The notes beneath the pieces are model-generated. The model did not search any database, was not told the DNA's origin, and saw nothing but the letters and a program-made list of their open reading frames with translations. A program made the translations under genes and the position numbers. A stretch of 64,000 nucleotides of DNA from Candidatus Woesearchaeota archaeon (GTDB lineage Archaea; Nanobdellota; Nanobdellia; Woesearchaeales; DSVV01): positions 4,167-68,166 of the forward strand of contig JAGVYH010000067.1 of assembly GCA_018303325.1 (NCBI GenBank), given 5' to 3'. Each line of letters starts with the position of its first letter. The stretch's first letter is position 1. Of this stretch, positions 61,026 to 64,000 are shown piece after piece.

Positions 61026-63296
61026 TTAACTTTGTGTCTCTTTAAGGAATGAGGTTAAATTTACTAATTCTTCTGCTCGAATACCTTTTGGTGAATCATC
61101 ACCTAATTCAGGTATAGTTGCTTCTAATTTCAATTTTCCGTCGCTAACTAAAAGTTCACATGCAGCAGTGATATCCCCCATAGAATACCCTAATCTGCTT
61201 GGCAAATCATCATAAGGGATTAAAGGGTTTGCGTCTTGTGGTAATGTAAGTTGTGCACTATCTACTTCTGCTGCAGTAATGGCAGCAGCTTCTAAACCAC
61301 TTTCAGCTTCTGCAGTATCCTCTACACTCTCACTATCTACTGATATTTGTCGTGCTGCATCCCTTTTGCTTTTAGACACAGTATATAATCCATATTTTTT
61401 CATCTCACTAGTCAAGCTTTCGACATCAACACCAACTAAAGAAATTGCACTTAATGAATATCCTTTAATTAAATCGCTAAATTGGTCGTCAACATATTTT
61501 GGCAGGGCAGGCTGTACATAATCTTCCCTTACAAAAGCAACTGTTTTTCCTTGAGATGATTGAAGGCCTTCCACTTTTAAGTACGTCCCTTCCGGCAGTT
61601 TTCCAGTACTTTGCAATATACATATATTTGCAGGATAAGAACTACTTGGAACTTTCTGACCATCATATTCTCTTTCACTGTACACCTTTCTGACTTCTTT
61701 CGCTTTGAAATATCTTTGTCCATTAATTGCCAAGAAATATAATGTTTCTGCGCCTTCAACAGTTTGTTCTAACCCTTTTGCGCTTAACATTTCTCCTAAT
61801 TCAACAGGAATTTCTTGTGGTGATCTAGTCGTTTCTGGTCGCGCTTTTCTTTGTACTGCTGGTAGTGCTCTTACTCTTTCTGTTCTCTCGATTCCTTCTG
61901 CTTTTTTTGGTGCTTCTGCTTTCTCTACTTTTGCAGCAGAACTATTATCAACATTTCGTCCTACTAATGGCTGTGGCCTATATCCGCACACACTGGTACC
62001 ATTATCTGCTAATTTTACTGCTTTATATTTTCCATCATATTCCATTGATTTACTTTTTCTTTTAGAATCTACACTTTCTCTTACTTTTTCTGGTAGAAGT
62101 CCAACTAGTGCATCTTCTCTATAAACTTTTGTTGAATTACCTTTTTCTCTTTTTACTGCCTTAACTTTACCTTGTTGCTCTAATTCTAACAATATTTGGT
62201 TAGGGATTAGATTATAACCTAACTTAGAGTAATCAACACCAAGAAACTTTGCTGATTCTGGCGCTGAATAATAACGTTGGCCTCTTATTTCATAATAAAT
62301 TGCGGATTCACTCGAAGGTTCACTTGTACTTTTTGCGCCCTCATCTGCTTCAGATGTTCTCTCAACTTTTTTAACTACTTTGTCTATACTTCTTTCCTCA
62401 CCAACAACGTGATAATTATCTTGAGATGCTGGTTTTGGAGTAAATTCACTAAAAGTGTCCTTAAGAGTATGATGATACTTCTTAGGTAAAATAGTTTCAA
62501 ATATATCAAAGGAATATACTCCGCTCCTTTTTCCTTTGTAAATAACATCCTTTTCTTTTCCATCTCTTTCTAGCTGTGTTCTTTCTTTGTCATCAACACA
62601 CCTGCCGATATATTGATGCAACGCACTTATTGATGTCTTAAACATATCTGCTATTTCGCTAATGCGATAATACTGCTCGCCCCCAATCTCAAAACATAAA
62701 ACTTCTTTCCCCTTCTTTGCTTTGCCTAATACCTTTCCAGTATCAGTTCTCTGTGGTTGCGTGTGTGTTGGCTCAGTTCTTTGTTCAACTCTTCCGAGCT
62801 TTCTTACTTTTTCTATAACTTCGTTTCCAGCAATAAGTTTGAGTCTAGTATTTAAAAATCCAATATATTCTGTTACACGATTTAATGCTACATCCATAGC
62901 AGCTTTTTTTACAGGATCTTTGTCCGATACTTCGCAACTATTACAAAGATATAATATTTCAACTTCTTGCAATCTTTCTTTTGCTAATTTTAATCTCTCT
63001 ATCACCTTGCCTTTTGCATATGTTTCAGCATTTTTTTCAAGAGAGCCAGCAAAATCAATCAAATTAGAATACTTTAAAACAACAAAATTATAATCTGCTA
63101 CTACTTCTAACTCTATATCCGCAATTGCAAATTCTTGTGTTACCTGAACATCATGAACCTTTTTTGAAGCGCTGTCTATTTTGTCTAAAACTGTTAAGAC
63201 TACCTGCTCGTTTACTTTTGCATTAAGAACATCTTGACTTACACCGAATAATCTATTTGCTTCGCTTAACATCTCTTCAAGTTTCATTGCTACCAC
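61026..63296 (-). CDS. 756-aa protein with three copies of the same (I/L)xGxxY(Y/F) repeat motif found in the sigma-fusion protein. Composition departs from the host (Ala/Glu/Val/Ser-rich, locally higher GC).
   Basis: EVLCFEIGGEQYYRISEIADMF, AIYYEIRGQRYYSAPESAKFLG, TLYFLAINGQRYFKAKEVRKVY. Co-oriented with the 57564 gene, 132 nt upstream of it. Confidence 0.6.
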   Translation of the reverse strand: MVAMKLEEMLSEANRLFGVSQDVLNAKVNEQVVLTVLDKIDSASKKVHDVQVTQEFAIADIELEVVADYNFVVLKYSNLIDFAGSLEKNAETYAKGKVIERLKLAKERLQEVEILYLCNSCEVSDKDPVKKAAMDVALNRVTEYIGFLNTRLKLIAGNEVIEKVRKLGRVEQRTEPTHTQPQRTDTGKVLGKAKKGKEVLCFEIGGEQYYRISEIADMFKTSISALHQYIGRCVDDKERTQLERDGKEKDVIYKGKRSGVYSFDIFETILPKKYHHTLKDTFSEFTPKPASQDNYHVVGEERSIDKVVKKVERTSEADEGAKSTSEPSSESAIYYEIRGQRYYSAPESAKFLGVDYSKLGYNLIPNQILLELEQQGKVKAVKREKGNSTKVYREDALVGLLPEKVRESVDSKRKSKSMEYDGKYKAVKLADNGTSVCGYRPQPLVGRNVDNSSAAKVEKAEAPKKAEGIERTERVRALPAVQRKARPETTRSPQEIPVELGEMLSAKGLEQTVEGAETLYFLAINGQRYFKAKEVRKVYSEREYDGQKVPSSSYPANICILQSTGKLPEGTYLKVEGLQSSQGKTVAFVREDYVQPALPKYVDDQFSDLIKGYSLSAISLVGVDVESLTSEMKKYGLYTVSKSKRDAARQISVDSESVEDTAEAESGLEAAAITAAEVDSAQLTLPQDANPLIPYDDLPSRLGYSMGDITAACELLVSDGKLKLEATIPELGDDSPKGIRAEELVNLTSFLKETQS

Positions 63297-63430
63297 CCTT
63301 AATCTAATTATTTACTTTTTCAATATTATTTGTAGGAGAAGTTCAACACTAATTTATAATAGTTATGATTGTATTTTGTATACATTTCTTATTTTATAAC
63401 GACATGGTAACAAAATAAGTATTTGTTTTA

Positions 63431-63695
63431 CAAATTAAGCAACTACTAAGCCTGCCTCAAATTTGTCAGCTTTGCTATTGTATAGCAAATGCACTAAATT
63501 TTCGTAATTAGTCGTTGCATTTGCTATGTTGAATGAACTGAACTATATTGATAAGTAGTTTTAGTTCATTGGCTAAATCTCGTAAGACTATAGAGGAAGC
63601 GAAAACACTTGAATAAGTCATTTGTTCTTTATAACCTGCTTATTCTGCGGGTTTTCGCAAAAGCTGACTGACAGGCTTAGTAGTTGCCAAATTAA
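63431..63695 (+). mobile_element. MITE (family B, copy B2): 16-bp TIR plus 8-bp TSD
   Basis: TIR is GCAACTACTAAGCCTG (63439..63454) pairing with CAGGCTTAGTAGTTGC (63672..63687). Direct repeat CAAATTAA flanks it at 63431..63438 and 63688..63695. Conserved core TTTGTCAGCTTTGCTAT...ATCTCGTAAGACTATAGAGGAAGCGAAAAC...GTTTTCGCAAAAGCTGACTGACAGG. Confidence 0.8.
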
Positions 63696-63697
63696 TA

Positions 63698-63905
63698 TTT
63701 TCTTGCTCTCAGCTCGTTTGTGGGACGCAGTCCACCGTCACATGAAACTGTTTGAAAGCTCGAAAGTTATCTGTGTAAAGCGCACTTTCAAGCTTTCTAA
63801 CTTTCAAACCTTCTTACCTTTCTTCATAAACGTGTCCAATCAGGTAAGAAATAAAAAAATAAATATGTAGTAAGACGTCTGGCTTCGCCTAGGAACTAAA
63901 TAAAT
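63698..63905 (+). repeat. Repeat family A, copy A7, abutting MITE B2
   Basis: TTCTTGCTCTCAGCTCGTTTGTGGGACGCAGTCCACCGTCACATGAAACTGTTTGAAAGCTCGAAAG...GACGTCTGGCTTCGCCTAGGAACTAAATAAAT. Confidence 0.7.
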
Positions 63906-64000
63906 AGTTTACAAAACTTTAATCTTCCCCGCCTTTATCTCAAAAACTTCGCCTTCTTTTATCAGATTTATAATAATTTTTTCACAATCCGAAACATTAG

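Overview
This is a 64 kb AT-rich (~33% GC) chromosomal segment with an unmistakably archaeal gene complement, most likely from a DPANN-type lineage. It carries the complete canonical archaeal ribosomal-protein cluster (L3 through L30/L15, including L19e, L32e, S4e, SUI1 and Rpp29) on the minus strand. It also carries a tRNA with two introns, PAN, RFC, FEN-1, aIF2-beta, PolD DP1 and DP2, Orc1/Cdc6 beside a candidate replication origin, PRPP synthetase, Hjc, an archaeal histone, RNase Z and the tRNA-splicing endonuclease. I support four unusual things. (1) A 1109-aa protein whose central ~470 residues are a full bacterial-type primary sigma-70 (regions 1.2, 2, 3 and 4) with very high similarity to RpoD. 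It sits inside this archaeal context and shares a repeated motif with the neighbouring 756-aa protein. (2) An unusually high density of small palindromic repeat families (here called A to E) in almost every intergenic gap, including inside the ribosomal-protein operon. One family (B) has perfect 16-18 bp terminal inverted repeats (TIRs) and intact 8-bp target-site duplications (TSDs), the footprint of a MITE. Family A (7 copies) has a conserved dyad box, a variable central hairpin and all copies in the same orientation. (3) A candidate oriC upstream of cdc6 containing an ORB-like box, four 16-bp tandem repeats, a ~130 bp (CTTTCCTT)n polypyrimidine tract and a ~350 bp AT block more than 90% A+T. 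(4) A cluster of three paralogous secreted proteins plus a 1081-aa membrane protein with a lytic-transglycosylase-like segment. All calls are from reading the sequence and motif recall; no database searches were run.
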